IMG/VR virus record: IMGVR_UViG_3300021255_001460 | Span: 26,107-90,106 of that record | Source: a virus | Lineage: Duplodnaviria > Caudoviricetes | DNA: 64,000 nucleotides | Strand: one strand, 5' to 3' | In this document: positions 63,832 to 64,000 of the stretch, piece after piece | Position numbering within the stretch: the first letter of the stretch is position 1 | How the letters are laid out: each line of letters starts with the position of its first letter | The notes under the pieces: model-generated | Databases searched by the model: none | Seen by the model: only the letters and a program-made list of their open reading frames with translations | What the model was told of the DNA's origin: nothing | Position numbers and translations under genes: made by a program

Positions 63832-64000
63832 TCATGACAACTATCATCACGTTCGATGAACTTCTCAAGCGCATCAAGAACATGGAAGAAGATGCAACCC
63901 TTGATGTCTGGAATCCGCGATACGGAACTTGGTCGCGGATTATTCGTGTCCCCGACTTGGATAATATGACAATCGTGATCAAAGAAACTTGGGGGGGATC
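63832..64000 (+). CDS. Hypothetical protein, truncated by the window edge
   Basis: SD AAAGGA and ATG ACA ACT ATC; open to the window end. Confidence 0.5.

Overview
This window is a 64-kb slice of a large temperate siphophage-like genome, probably infecting a Firmicute (Clostridia-like); that host call is inference from gene content and Shine-Dalgarno style. The left arm (+ strand, 1-17.2 kb) carries nrdD/nrdG, a RuvC-like resolvase, a long array of tiny CxxC ORFs, a Thg1-like polymerase, a PAPS-reductase-like protein, a cysteine desulfurase, an RNA ligase and an integrase. A second tyrosine recombinase sits next to a two-cassette invertible tail-fibre switch that contains a tRNA-like pseudoknotted RNA. 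The minus strand (19-57 kb) holds the lysis, tail, head and packaging genes, with two group I introns (tail tube gene and tail tip gene) and a -1 frameshifted tail chaperone. A ~2-kb non-coding divergence region and early + strand ORFs follow. The main discovery is an apparent amber-gating system. Ten genes (RuvC, holin-like, Dit, tape measure, intron endonuclease, tail tube, a neck protein, portal, large terminase, a phosphoesterase) each contain exactly one in-frame TAG within their first 55 codons and none afterwards. TAG is almost unused as a true stop. The phage encodes a class II tRNA with a CUA anticodon and leucine-type identity elements (52066-52163). The sequence contexts favour TAG=Leu rather than the TAG=Gln recoding known from phages. 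All calls come from manual reading; no searches or folding programs were run.
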